A stretch of DNA of 32,231 bases from a virus (lineage: Duplodnaviria; Caudoviricetes), in the IMG/VR virus record IMGVR_UViG_3300020044_004975, positions 1 to 32,231 of that record, one strand, 5' to 3'. Numbering within the stretch: the first letter of the stretch is position 1; each line of letters opens with the position of its first letter. Shown piece by piece: positions 17,174 to 26,961 of the stretch. The position numbers and the translations under genes are program-made. Below the pieces are notes generated by a model. That model had not been told where the DNA came from and did not search any database. It worked only from the letters and a program-made list of their open reading frames with translations.

Positions 17174-17207
17174 AAAAAAAAGGGAGTAGGACTTTAACCC
17201 ACTCCCC
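17174..17207 (-). terminator. Intrinsic terminator after the capsid gene
   Basis: GGGAGTGGG/CCTACTCCC stem followed by T8; sequence related to the 16543 terminator. Confidence 0.85.
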
Positions 17208-17225
17208 TATTATTTGTGGTCTAAA

Positions 17226-18176
17226 TTAGTCGATAAAATATACTACGCAATCTTCCAAAATTCCGATTTGTGTACCTGCAGTATATCGCATTACAAAACG
17301 TACATTTTGAGAGCCATCAATCATAGCCATATCAATAATTTTCACTTCCTGAGCATCTGAAAGAAGTCCAGTACCGAAGTACAAGTTCTCAGTAGTAGTA
17401 GCTAGCATTTCGTTGTTATTCAATCCGTTTGCTACAAAAACAGGAACTCCATCGAAAGAAAGTCCTGCTCCGATTCCGTACCATTGAGTACCTTGTGCGT
17501 TAGTACCTGCACCACCAACACCTGCTGCTGCGAAACCTCCCAAAGAACGAACGTATGCACGAGCTACATTTTGAGAAACATAAAGTTTCAAACCTTCTTT
17601 TCCATACAAGCGAGCAGGAATAGCATCTACTACTTTACCCATTTCAGCGATAACGTTTGAAGCAGTAACTACAGAACCACCTACTACTTGAGCAGAAGGA
17701 ATACCTGTACCTGCTTGAGCGATAGCTTCAGTAAAGATACCTGTAAATTCTCCGTTGTTATCGCTATCTCCATGCCATAGAGAAGTTTCAGTAGCTTCTG
17801 CTACTTGTCCTAGCATACGAGCTAAAAGGAAATCTTGGAAAGATTTAGGAAGTACATCATAAGCTGAATAACCCATTTCGATTGCGTTCCAATCTGAACG
17901 GAAATCTTTCTTACACAAAAGAACGTTAACATCCAATTCTTTTGGTTCGATTACACGCTCAGTCAAAGTGATAGCTCCTGATGCAGTAAAGTCGCAAGAA
18001 GCATCTTTAACTAGGTCAGCAGAATCAAAACGCTTGATAGTTTGACGAAATTTAACGTTAGGAATAACTGATACTCCTCCGTTTTCAATAGTGTTCGCAG
18101 AAAGCAAAGCAGCACCGATATATTTACCAGCCGATTCTCCGCTATAAGTTGTTGTAATGTCTAGGGTCGTAGCCAT
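17226..18176 (-). CDS. Major capsid protein
   Basis: 316 aa after the scaffold; ITTTYSGE, PNVK, CDF, LWHGD and NLYFGTGL motifs; distinct codon usage; own terminator. Confidence 0.85.
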   Translation of the reverse strand: MATTLDITTTYSGESAGKYIGAALLSANTIENGGVSVIPNVKFRQTIKRFDSADLVKDASCDFTASGAITLTERVIEPKELDVNVLLCKKDFRSDWNAIEMGYSAYDVLPKSFQDFLLARMLGQVAEATETSLWHGDSDNNGEFTGIFTEAIAQAGTGIPSAQVVGGSVVTASNVIAEMGKVVDAIPARLYGKEGLKLYVSQNVARAYVRSLGGFAAAGVGGAGTNAQGTQWYGIGAGLSFDGVPVFVANGLNNNEMLATTTENLYFGTGLLSDAQEVKIIDMAMIDGSQNVRFVMRYTAGTQIGILEDCVVYFID

Positions 18177-18196
18177 TTTTTTATAAATTAAGTTAA

Positions 18197-18796
18197 TTAA
18201 TACAATTTACCCAAAACTCGGTCAATAGAGCTTTGATTTTTCTTTGATGAGTAACGGAATACTTCTACCTTAGATTCGTTCTCAGGGTTGTATGAGATAG
18301 GTTCTACTGCAGGAGTACTCAATTCTACTTTTTTAGAATCTAGTTCTTTCGCTAGAGCTTCCTTTTCTTCTTTCAATTTAGAAAGTTCAGCTTTCAAAGT
18401 TTCGATTTCGCTAGAGAAGTGATGTTCTTTAACTACTGATTCAATAGTGCGTTTAGGTTGACGTTCCATCTGAGCCTCTTCAGCAGGTTCTCCTCCAGTT
18501 GCTTCTTCAGGTTGCTCAGGTGTTACTGCTTCTTCTTCTGTTGCAGCTTCTTTGATTTCTTCGATCATACCTTCAGTAGCTACTACTAGAATCATTCCAT
18601 TCTCTAGTTCGTATTCTCCAACAGGTACAGGTACATTTCCGTCAGGAGTTACTACATAAACTTCCATTCCTGCCTCAAAAGCATCAGCTTCTAGGATAGT
18701 TACTCCATCAGCTAACTTCATTTGAGCTAGTTCTACGATTACTGCTTTACCTAGAATAATCTTTCCGATAGCAGATAGTTTTTCTTTAGTTGTCAT
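18197..18796 (-). CDS. Capsid scaffold protein
   Basis: PVGEYELENG...EG-x-I-x-EI domain, acidic linker, coiled coil; precedes the capsid gene. Confidence 0.75.
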   Translation of the reverse strand: MTTKEKLSAIGKIILGKAVIVELAQMKLADGVTILEADAFEAGMEVYVVTPDGNVPVPVGEYELENGMILVVATEGMIEEIKEAATEEEAVTPEQPEEATGGEPAEEAQMERQPKRTIESVVKEHHFSSEIETLKAELSKLKEEKEALAKELDSKKVELSTPAVEPISYNPENESKVEVFRYSSKKNQSSIDRVLGKLY

Positions 18797-19176
18797 TATG
18801 CCATGTATTTATTTGCTCCGTTAATAGCTGAATTTACATCTAAACCATTATCAGCGAATTCTTTCCATCCAGGAATATCTTCACGTTTCAAACCTAAATC
18901 AGCTGCACTCTTAGTTGCACGTTCCCATAGTTTATCTTCAGCAGCTTGGAATTTAGAAGCTACAGGATAAAATTTCTTAACTAGAGCTACTTGTTTATCA
19001 AACTCTGCTTTTGCTTTATCTGCTGCTACTACTGCACCATCTAAATCAGTAGCTACTTTAATAGCATTTGTAGCCATTGTTTTGATGTCATCAGCTAAAG
19101 CTAAATCTACTTTCATTTCAGAGAGTTCTACTTTACTTTCAATCTTAGAAAGTTTGTTTAGTACATTTTTGTTCAT
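18796..19176 (-). CDS. Helical head-module protein, putative internal (cargo) protein
   Basis: KNVLNK...KVELS...KVDLA-L-x-DD leader; paralogous to 19213..19587. Confidence 0.65.
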   Translation of the reverse strand: MNKNVLNKLSKIESKVELSEMKVDLALADDIKTMATNAIKVATDLDGAVVAADKAKAEFDKQVALVKKFYPVASKFQAAEDKLWERATKSAADLGLKREDIPGWKEFADNGLDVNSAINGANKYMA

Positions 19177-19183
19177 AACTAGT

Positions 19184-19208
19184 TAACTTATTTGATTTTT
19201 ATTGTTCC
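19184..19208 (-). promoter_or_regulatory. Putative late promoter GGAACAA-N13-AGTTA
   Basis: Same boxes and spacing as 16518-16542; 7 nt before ATG. Confidence 0.7.
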
Positions 19209-19212
19209 ATTT

Positions 19213-19587
19213 TTAAAAAGCAGAACTTCCTACTAAATTTCCTAGAGCAGTCGACCAGTCAGAAATATATCCTTGTAGTTTTTTTTCTTCTTTGTATAAT
19301 CTATCTTTAGCAGCTCCATAATCAGAAGGTAAATCTACTCCTAGTTTTTTTGCAGATTCTTCTAGTTGAATTCCTATTTTAGCTACATAATTTACCCTAC
19401 CTAAAATTTGTTTAGCATTATCTATTCCTTTTTGAACATCTTTTTTTAGTGCTAAAATTTTATTTACTTCATCTCCTGCAGGTTCTTTAATCATATTGTT
19501 AAGAGCAGATTTAAAATCATCCATTAATGATAAATCTACTTTTACTTCTGATGCATACATTTTGTTTAGTACATTCTTTTCTTTCAT
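19213..19587 (-). CDS. Helical head-module protein, putative internal (cargo) protein
   Basis: KNVLNK...KVDLS-L-x-DD leader; SAKKLG motif shared with its paralog (SAADLG). Confidence 0.65.
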   Translation of the reverse strand: MKEKNVLNKMYASEVKVDLSLMDDFKSALNNMIKEPAGDEVNKILALKKDVQKGIDNAKQILGRVNYVAKIGIQLEESAKKLGVDLPSDYGAAKDRLYKEEKKLQGYISDWSTALGNLVGSSAF

Positions 19588-19760
19588 GGTCTTGTTATAT
19601 TTCTAATTATTATTACTTGTTGCTTAGTTGTATTATGTCCTCCTTCTAAAGCTCCTATTCCCTGAGCAGATAGTTCTCCAGTACAACACTTTGAAGAGTA
19701 GGTATTATCCTTACATAGACATCCTCTCTTTCCTCTTTTAGGACTAGTTTTCGACTGCAT
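19584..19760 (-). CDS. Small Cys-rich protein (58 aa)
   Basis: Hand translation MQSKTSPKRGKRGCLCKDNTYSSKCCTGELSAQGIG...; fills the gap exactly with stop/start overlaps. Confidence 0.75.
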   Translation of the reverse strand: MQSKTSPKRGKRGCLCKDNTYSSKCCTGELSAQGIGALEGGHNTTKQQVIIIRNITRP

Positions 19761-20362
19761 CAGAAAGCTCTTGAAATAGTAAATCTAGCATCCCAAAGTT
19801 TAGCAGTAGCTGAAGGATAGATATATAATTCTATCCCATTTTCAGTACTTTCATCTCCTAAAATTTGAAAGGTCTGAGTAAATAAGTGAGGAGCATTAGC
19901 TTGTAGTGGAAAGTTAACTACGTTTGAATATCCGTTATAAGGAATTCCACTAGTACCGAAAAATATATTAGCGTGAGTATTTACACTAGTAGTTTGATAA
20001 GCAAATGAAATAGAAATAGTATATAATACTCCATTCTGAAAATAGAATTTATTATTGTTAAATTCATTAAGAGTACCTAACAGGATTCCTTCATTATTCT
20101 CTATAACTTGTTCTACTGCAGTTAAACTTTGAGCAGTACTAAAATTTATATGCTCATCATCTTGTACTACTTGATACCCTGAAAATGGAATTTCAGAACT
20201 ATTCGCTATTTGAAGAAATTCGTTACCATTTGCATAATAAATTCTCTCATCTGAATAAATAATAGCTCCTTCTTCAGGTACTGCATTGTAATCATTCTCA
20301 CTTTTAAAGTTCTCTAGTACGTTATCGAACTGAGAATTTCTAGTATTTCTTTCTTCTATCAT
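19760..20362 (-). CDS. Hypothetical virion protein, possible head decoration or fibre
   Basis: Beta-rich C-terminus (GVLYTISISF); lies in the head module. Confidence 0.55.
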   Translation of the reverse strand: MIEERNTRNSQFDNVLENFKSENDYNAVPEEGAIIYSDERIYYANGNEFLQIANSSEIPFSGYQVVQDDEHINFSTAQSLTAVEQVIENNEGILLGTLNEFNNNKFYFQNGVLYTISISFAYQTTSVNTHANIFFGTSGIPYNGYSNVVNFPLQANAPHLFTQTFQILGDESTENGIELYIYPSATAKLWDARFTISRAF

Positions 20363-20937
20363 GCGTTCAATATATTTAAGATTTCATTTAATAATTCTTC
20401 ATCTGATTTATCAGTACTTAATTTAGCTTCTGCAGGTTCGAAATATCCTTCGATACTAAATCCTTTAATCTCTCCTGCTTTTACTTTATCCCATACTTCA
20501 GGGTTATCTACTTTCATAGAAATCATCCAAGTACCTACAGGAAGTTCAAAGCCATAGATAGCTGATTTATCTAGTTTAGTATCTTCGATTATCCATGATT
20601 CTACTACTGACATTCCTTCGATTTTCATCTGATGCTCATAAGTAGCATTATTCTGATTTGATCGTTTCAAGAATAACTCTGAAGCTTTACGAATAGTTTC
20701 TTTAGAGAAATAGATATAAAATTCTCCGTTATCTTTATCTCTACGATAAATTTGCTTATCAGGAACTAATCCTGCTCCCATAAGAATCTTCTTCTCCTCA
20801 TCTACTGATTTAAGTTCTATCAGTTGTTTATTTAGAGCTATCCAGTTCTCCTCAATAGCAGGAGATTCTACTACCGATACTGCGTGAATCCCTTGTTTTT
20901 CAGAAGATTCATCTAAAACCATTTCTATAATGTTCAT
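20359..20937 (-). CDS. Prohead protease, XkdF/S78-like
   Basis: G-x-x-LVPDKQIYR, TYEH, GTWM and GFSIEG motifs. Confidence 0.85.
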   Translation of the reverse strand: MNIIEMVLDESSEKQGIHAVSVVESPAIEENWIALNKQLIELKSVDEEKKILMGAGLVPDKQIYRRDKDNGEFYIYFSKETIRKASELFLKRSNQNNATYEHQMKIEGMSVVESWIIEDTKLDKSAIYGFELPVGTWMISMKVDNPEVWDKVKAGEIKGFSIEGYFEPAEAKLSTDKSDEELLNEILNILNA

Positions 20938-20944
20938 AACGTTC

Positions 20945-20969
20945 TAACTAAATTTATTTATAGTGTAGC
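20945..20969 (-). promoter_or_regulatory. Putative late promoter GCTACAC-N13-AGTTA
   Basis: ACA and AGTTA at the same spacing as the other copies; 7 nt before ATG. Confidence 0.6.
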
Positions 20970-22877
20970 ATTTTTTATTCTATTCCTATCTAGACTTTGA
21001 GCAGTAGTAACTTCTCCACTCACTACATATGCTTGAACAGGTTGTGAATTTAACTGAGCTAATTGATTTACAGGATTATTTCCTACAATGTTAAAGTTTG
21101 GCGACATAATAGAACTAGCAGTAGGCATACTACCGCCTCCACCTTCTCCACCTCCACCACTTGGGATAGTTCCTCCTTCAAATTTAGTAGCTGCAATTTT
21201 CTTGATGTTAAGTAATCCTGCTGCTACTGCGGCTGCTGCTGCTACTGCACCTAATACTGGACCTACTACTGGAATTGATGACATAGCACTAAATGCACCA
21301 TTCGCTGCTTTGAATGTATCAATAGTTGCCTGTCCAATCTGAGCAGCTTTTTGAACTTTAAATGCTCTCTCTTGTGATTTAGCTGAACGACCTTGAAATA
21401 ATTCCGCTAGATTTCCGAGCGTATCGAACATATTTTTAGCTCCATCTACTAAGCCTTCATTCACCTCTTTGCGATGCGTTTTCATCGCTTCTGCCCACTT
21501 GATTTGAAGTTCTTCTAGTTTACTAAACTTTTCTTCTTCAATTATGATTTCTTCTTCAGGAAGGGCTAATAATTCTTCTTGAAATGCTTTAGCTGATGCT
21601 AGTGCTTCAGCTTGTGCTTTTTCTTGTTCTGCTAATTTTTTAGCATTATATTCCTCATCTATTTCTCTGAATAATTCTTGCTCCGAAATGTAAAGTTCTT
21701 TCTTTGCTTCATGTTCAGCAGCTGCTGCTTCAAGTTCTGCTTCTCTTGCTTCTTTTGCTCTTTGTTCTGCTTCCTTCCGAGCATTTATATCAAGCAATTT
21801 AAGGTCAGTTTGGGCATCTTTAAGGTCATTCTTCATTGTGTTCAAGTCCTTCTCAGCTTGATTCACAATATCTTTTAACCCCTTAGCCATCCATCCGCTC
21901 TGCTCCTGAACAAACTTAATCGCAGCAATGGAATTCTCCATCTCCTTGATTTGTTGTTCTTGGAATTTAATAGATGCTTCTATCTTTTGTTTTTGAAGTC
22001 CTAAAGAAGATTTACCTTCTGCTTCTGCCAGTTGGATAAGTCTATCGTAGTTCTTCTGCTCATTCTGAAAGTTTTCTTTTGCTGCTTCGGCTGCCTCACG
22101 TTCTTTATCCATCTTGGCATCCATTTGTGCCATATGTTTTTTATGAGCTGCCTTCCTAGCTTTATCGTTATCATCTTCGATAAGTCCAAGAGCAATTAAT
22201 CCTTTTTCGACTGCTTGGATAGCCCAAAGCCATGGCATGAAGAATCCTACCACTACTTTCATTACTGGTCCAAGTCCATTGAACCACTTGATAGCTTTCT
22301 GAACTGCTAAACTAATAGTATCAAAATGCTCATAGACTAAACCTAAAGCAAGTAAAAGCAAACCGATACCTGTAGCACCAATAGCCGTTTTGATTCCTTT
22401 AAATGCAGTAACCCCTGCAGTACCTAGAGCTTTGAATGCAGGAACTCCTTCCTTAATACCTTGAAGTCCTTGTGCCATAGCCATAGCACTTTGTACCTTA
22501 AGTAATGCATCCTCTACTGCCGCACTATCAGCACCCATTGCACCCATAGCACCCTGTACAAGCTCAAATCCACTTGCCATTCCTCCTAATGCTCCTCCTA
22601 ACTTTTGAGAAGTTGTAAGAGATAGAGCTTCGATTCCTGCATCAGTATCTCTAATAGTTTTTCGCATTCCTGCTACTTGCTTAGAGAGCTTCTTAAACTC
22701 ATCAGATGAAGTATCTCCTGCGTGAGCCATCAACATTAATTGATCCTCCATATCTCCCATTTGGGTAGTAAGAGGAACAAGTTCTTCGCTAACGCCTTCT
22801 ATCGCATCACCTAAGTTATTTATAGAGCTTGTAGCTGACGCAGTATCTATGGTTATTTTTGCTTTATACTCTTCCAT
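20958..22877 (-). CDS. Tape measure protein
   Basis: Long Ala/Gly-rich helical protein with TGIGLL, IPVVGPVLG and AYVVSGEV motifs. Confidence 0.85.
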   Translation of the reverse strand: MEEYKAKITIDTASATSSINNLGDAIEGVSEELVPLTTQMGDMEDQLMLMAHAGDTSSDEFKKLSKQVAGMRKTIRDTDAGIEALSLTTSQKLGGALGGMASGFELVQGAMGAMGADSAAVEDALLKVQSAMAMAQGLQGIKEGVPAFKALGTAGVTAFKGIKTAIGATGIGLLLLALGLVYEHFDTISLAVQKAIKWFNGLGPVMKVVVGFFMPWLWAIQAVEKGLIALGLIEDDNDKARKAAHKKHMAQMDAKMDKEREAAEAAKENFQNEQKNYDRLIQLAEAEGKSSLGLQKQKIEASIKFQEQQIKEMENSIAAIKFVQEQSGWMAKGLKDIVNQAEKDLNTMKNDLKDAQTDLKLLDINARKEAEQRAKEAREAELEAAAAEHEAKKELYISEQELFREIDEEYNAKKLAEQEKAQAEALASAKAFQEELLALPEEEIIIEEEKFSKLEELQIKWAEAMKTHRKEVNEGLVDGAKNMFDTLGNLAELFQGRSAKSQERAFKVQKAAQIGQATIDTFKAANGAFSAMSSIPVVGPVLGAVAAAAAVAAGLLNIKKIAATKFEGGTIPSGGGGEGGGGSMPTASSIMSPNFNIVGNNPVNQLAQLNSQPVQAYVVSGEVTTAQSLDRNRIKNATL

Positions 22878-23034
22878 TTCTAATAGCTTTTTTTAGTTTG
22901 CGTTCACGAATTGCTAGGTTAAATACTTCCTTAACCGAAGTAGGTATTTTATACTTCCCTTTAGCTATTTCTACGTTCTCAGAAATGCCGTAGTGATTCG
23001 AAAGTCTGAGCATATTTAATACGTTTGTTATCAT
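22864..23034 (-). CDS. Small protein (56 aa, EIAKGKY motif)
   Basis: Hand translation MITNVLNMLRLSNHYGISENVEIAKGKYKIPTSV...; overlaps both neighbours. Confidence 0.7.
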   Translation of the reverse strand: MITNVLNMLRLSNHYGISENVEIAKGKYKIPTSVKEVFNLAIRERKLKKAIRNGRV

Positions 23035-25373
23035 CCTTGTTGAATTATTTGTAAGTAAGTAGTTTCTATAGTTCCATCGAAATATTCGTAAGTAATAGGA
23101 ATAGTATATACTAGTTCTCTTCCTTCTTCATTTACTAGTTGTTCTCCTATTTCTCCTATTAGATAATTGCCTTCTTCAGTAATTAAAGAATAAATCAAAT
23201 TAGTATTCTCAGGAACTACTATATCTAGTCTAGTATCTTCAAAGAGTTCAGTTTCAGAAATGGAAATAACTCCTGTTCCTGTAATGTCTATAGTAGCTTT
23301 ATAAACTCCATTCGGTACAGGTACTGCTACGTTAACTAGACTAGAACCACTAAATCCTATCTCTCCTGCTATCTCTCTAATAGGTGCTAAAGGTCTGAAA
23401 TCATTTATCAGAGTAAACTCTACTTCTCCTGAAGTAAGGTCTGATTTCATCTCATTAATAATATATCTCTTATCTCTAATTACTAAGCGATCATTTAATT
23501 TTAAGCTAGTAAGAATAGTTATAGGAAGATTCGCTTTAACGTAAGTAAGTCTATTCTTCTTATTGAATAAGTTAACTATGTAATTAAAGTAGTAAGTTTC
23601 AAATAGTGAATTGTTAATAGCAGTATTCCACAAAGTAGAAGTTTCAGCTCCCCAGTTAAGAGAGTAATCTATTCCTGATACTCTTAAATCCTGCCCGAAG
23701 CAAGTATAAGAATTCAGAGCATCTACTGAAGTACCATTATCAAAGTACCATACATTCGTTGAGATTCCTCCGAACTTATATAGAAGTACAGGCTTGGGAA
23801 CGTAAGGCTTAAACTCAGGAGCAGTACCTAGAGCATAACCTACTTGTATATCTTCATTAGTAAATCGGTTAAACATTAGATTTTCAAAAGGACTTTCGAT
23901 AGAGTATTCTTCTCCATCATAAGGAAAGCTATAATCTAGATTCCCATACTGCCTATTAAAGAACTGATTAAACTGAACATTCATAAAGCTCAATGAATCC
24001 TGATATTTAAAGCGAATAGTTCTATAGAGTTTGATACGTTCTATATCTATATTCTCTACGATAGTGTACTTAGTAATATCCGTTATTTGTCCTTTACCAT
24101 ACCAATCTTCTAAAGGTTCTATCTGATAGGTATTCTCTATTCCATAGCAAGTAAGATTAAATTCTTTTAGTACTCCTGCGAAGAAATCAGCTACCTTCAT
24201 ATCAGGCATCATATCTGCCAAGTTAACATAAGCTAAAGCAGTCTGAGTAAAGTTCGTTATTGAGTAATCAGGAAGAGATACTACTATTCCTCCGATAGTT
24301 CCTGTAAAGTAGCTATTTATTATTGAGTCAAATGTAAGAGTCGTTTCAGCTCTTAAAACAAAGTAGCAGGTATTATCTATAGAAGGATCGTTATTATCAG
24401 TTACTAGATTATAGGTATTATTTCCTACTCCTTGAATAGTATTAACTAATGTACTATTGATAAATATATCTATCCAGTAAATCAGAGTAGTATCTGAAGT
24501 ATTCGAAATAGTTATATCTATGTAGTGCATAGGATTATTCAGAGCTGAAGGAATCGTAGTATATTGAATGGTATTAGCATCTAAATCTATCGTAACATAA
24601 TCTACTACTTCAGGATAAGTATAGTTAACTGAATCAAAATCTATCGGAGTATCTTGTGTTATAAAAGTAGGTGCTTCTGATTTCTTAAGCCATAGATAAG
24701 CATTAGAAAATTTTGGATCTCCTAAGAAAGTTCCTTGAAATGAAACTCCGTAATTATCTTGAATTACTTCAAAGATATTTCTTACTCTATAAGCAGGAAA
24801 TAGCTCATTGAATACTATAGCACCTACAGAAGTATCTATATTATCATCAGGAGTAGAAGGATTATCATACTGCCAAACTCTTTGAGAACTTATTAAAGGA
24901 TAGCATACATCGTAATCAGTAGCACTAGCCTCTACTCTAGCTTGTACTTCAGCTCCAGTATAATCAAATGAATCTTCTGAGTAATCTAATTGAGATAATT
25001 TATCCTCTCCGAATTTATCCTTAAGAGTTAACACATCTCCGTAGAAGGTAACTGAATAATTATCTACTGCTCCATTCTTTAGGTTCGCTTTCTCTAGTTG
25101 AATCTTACCTCTACGAAATGGAGTTAAGTCTATCTCTATATACGCATCTCTACGCATATTATGATTTATAGTACTATCGTAATCTGAGTTATAGAAGTGC
25201 TGAAAGATTCGATTATTTACCTCCGAAGCAGGTATAGTAAATGACTGAGAGAAGTCAGTAAATACCTTAGAAATATCTGAGATGTTTTGAACTGAAGAAT
25301 TGATATTAATCTTCTCATCATTGAAGAGTTCTATGCGTTCTCCCTCAACGTATATTTGTACGTTTCTCTTCAT
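23031..25373 (-). CDS. Tail tip/hub protein
   Basis: 780 aa; DFSQSFTIPAS-x-x-NN-x-IF N-terminus, YPLI and LKLNDRL motifs. Confidence 0.7.
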   Translation of the reverse strand: MKRNVQIYVEGERIELFNDEKININSSVQNISDISKVFTDFSQSFTIPASEVNNRIFQHFYNSDYDSTINHNMRRDAYIEIDLTPFRRGKIQLEKANLKNGAVDNYSVTFYGDVLTLKDKFGEDKLSQLDYSEDSFDYTGAEVQARVEASATDYDVCYPLISSQRVWQYDNPSTPDDNIDTSVGAIVFNELFPAYRVRNIFEVIQDNYGVSFQGTFLGDPKFSNAYLWLKKSEAPTFITQDTPIDFDSVNYTYPEVVDYVTIDLDANTIQYTTIPSALNNPMHYIDITISNTSDTTLIYWIDIFINSTLVNTIQGVGNNTYNLVTDNNDPSIDNTCYFVLRAETTLTFDSIINSYFTGTIGGIVVSLPDYSITNFTQTALAYVNLADMMPDMKVADFFAGVLKEFNLTCYGIENTYQIEPLEDWYGKGQITDITKYTIVENIDIERIKLYRTIRFKYQDSLSFMNVQFNQFFNRQYGNLDYSFPYDGEEYSIESPFENLMFNRFTNEDIQVGYALGTAPEFKPYVPKPVLLYKFGGISTNVWYFDNGTSVDALNSYTCFGQDLRVSGIDYSLNWGAETSTLWNTAINNSLFETYYFNYIVNLFNKKNRLTYVKANLPITILTSLKLNDRLVIRDKRYIINEMKSDLTSGEVEFTLINDFRPLAPIREIAGEIGFSGSSLVNVAVPVPNGVYKATIDITGTGVISISETELFEDTRLDIVVPENTNLIYSLITEEGNYLIGEIGEQLVNEEGRELVYTIPITYEYFDGTIETTYLQIIQQG

Positions 25374-26443
25374 TACACTACTGAGTTAATAATGTCGTTA
25401 GCGAATTCGAATTCTAAAGAGTAGTTTATAATCTTAGTATTGATTACTTTCAATTTAGCCAGAGATTTAGAACGTAGTTTTACAGGAAGTCCATTTAATA
25501 GAATCCGTTCCGATAGCATAAGCTCCTGAAGAGGAATATTCATACTTTCATCTCTTATTCCTGTATTTAGTTTAATACTTCGAATACCATTAGCATTGAA
25601 TTCTTTCCTTTGTCCTTCTAGTACTGAGTAATCTACTAAATCAGTTTGAAGTAAATTGTAAGTTGTAGCAGTACTATCTATTTGTTCGTTTGAAGCTCCA
25701 AAGAAAAATTCTCTCTGCCATGCTCCATATCTATTTACAAAATCGCAAACGTATACCTGATTCCTACATTCGTGAATAGGTCTGAAAGTATATTTAGCTA
25801 AAGGATTAAAATCTGAATCTAGAAGTTCTAAAAGATTTCCATCTGCATACCAATCAGGATTCACTCTAGGAATATCTTTAATAGCAGTTCCTCCTATTCC
25901 TAGTACACTAGTACTTCCAGTTTTTAGGTTCGTATACTTGACATCTGAAACTATATCAGCTGTTCTATCAAAGGTTATATGTCCTGCAGAATCTAAAGGA
26001 GTATTTCCTACTAGTGCATTCTCATCGTAATGATAATAATAAGTACCTGCAGTTAAAAAATAATTTCCTATCTGACGATTATATCCTTCTTCATAATAGC
26101 CATAACCATCAAAGCCTAAGTAAGTAATCGTATCTAATAACGTATAAACTCCTCCGTATAATTTATATCTCTTTACTTTAATATTGCAGTACTGCGAATT
26201 CGGAGTATCTTCTATGCTATCAAATGGAGTTTGCCATGTATTATGATTAATAAACTCTCTTACATAAGGAGAAATATTATAGGTAGTTTGAATCTTAGTT
26301 AAACTAGGAATAGGTTTCGATAATGTATGCTGAGGAATAGTAGGAGGAAAGCCTGAATTCCATAGAAAGATTTCTATCTTACTACCTGCCTGTCCAGTTT
26401 CATTTACCTCAATTATAAAGGGGCTTCTTGCAAATATTTTCAT
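25373..26443 (-). CDS. Tail protein (distal-tail-like)
   Basis: ARSPF N-terminus, FVNRYGAW, LNTG and LMLSE motifs; precedes the hub gene. Confidence 0.6.
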   Translation of the reverse strand: MKIFARSPFIIEVNETGQAGSKIEIFLWNSGFPPTIPQHTLSKPIPSLTKIQTTYNISPYVREFINHNTWQTPFDSIEDTPNSQYCNIKVKRYKLYGGVYTLLDTITYLGFDGYGYYEEGYNRQIGNYFLTAGTYYYHYDENALVGNTPLDSAGHITFDRTADIVSDVKYTNLKTGSTSVLGIGGTAIKDIPRVNPDWYADGNLLELLDSDFNPLAKYTFRPIHECRNQVYVCDFVNRYGAWQREFFFGASNEQIDSTATTYNLLQTDLVDYSVLEGQRKEFNANGIRSIKLNTGIRDESMNIPLQELMLSERILLNGLPVKLRSKSLAKLKVINTKIINYSLEFEFANDIINSVV

Positions 26444-26961
26444 TGTGTAAAGTTTTGTCTCATGATACTATTAATTAACTTGGAAGCATCCAATCCGTAC
26501 GCCTTAGTTATCTCTTCAGGCATTCGCTTAATAGCATTTTCAAAAGGTTTTGTAAAGAATAAAGAAGGCTTAATCCCATTCTTAAATATTGACCTAGCAA
26601 TCAAAAATTTAAGAGATTTTCTACTGATGAACTTTCCATTCTTATCTCTAGGTGCTATTCCCTTTCTTACTATCCATTTATCGAATACTTTCGGAGGAGG
26701 CATCTTACTCTTATAGCTGAATTGAGTATTATACTTCTTATTAATTCCACTTACTCCTTGATCTTGGAAAAAGCCATACTCCTCCATCGTAAACAATATC
26801 TGAATCGAATTCGGGAAAGCTTCTACTTCTCCGTCAATAGAGTTATAGAGATTCTTAGAGGAGTTCTTGCCTAGTCTTGATAGGTTTGATTTACTCTGCT
26901 GAATAACGTACTTTCTTAGCTCTTCTAAAGCCTTCTTAGTTTCGTCTCGATTCATCAGCAA
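26440..26961 (-). CDS. Putative tail completion/neck protein (HK97 gp10-like)
   Basis: Basic protein with LYNSI, YG-x-F-x-DQG, PP, IARSI and GIKP-x-x-FF motifs. Confidence 0.65.
   Translation of the reverse strand: MLMNRDETKKALEELRKYVIQQSKSNLSRLGKNSSKNLYNSIDGEVEAFPNSIQILFTMEEYGFFQDQGVSGINKKYNTQFSYKSKMPPPKVFDKWIVRKGIAPRDKNGKFISRKSLKFLIARSIFKNGIKPSLFFTKPFENAIKRMPEEITKAYGLDASKLINSIMRQNFTQ

Noticed and set aside
22001-22195. Alternate-frame ORF inside the tape measure gene (similarly 31996-32202 in the right flank)
   Set aside because: Nested in a longer gene, with no recognisable motif or slippery site.
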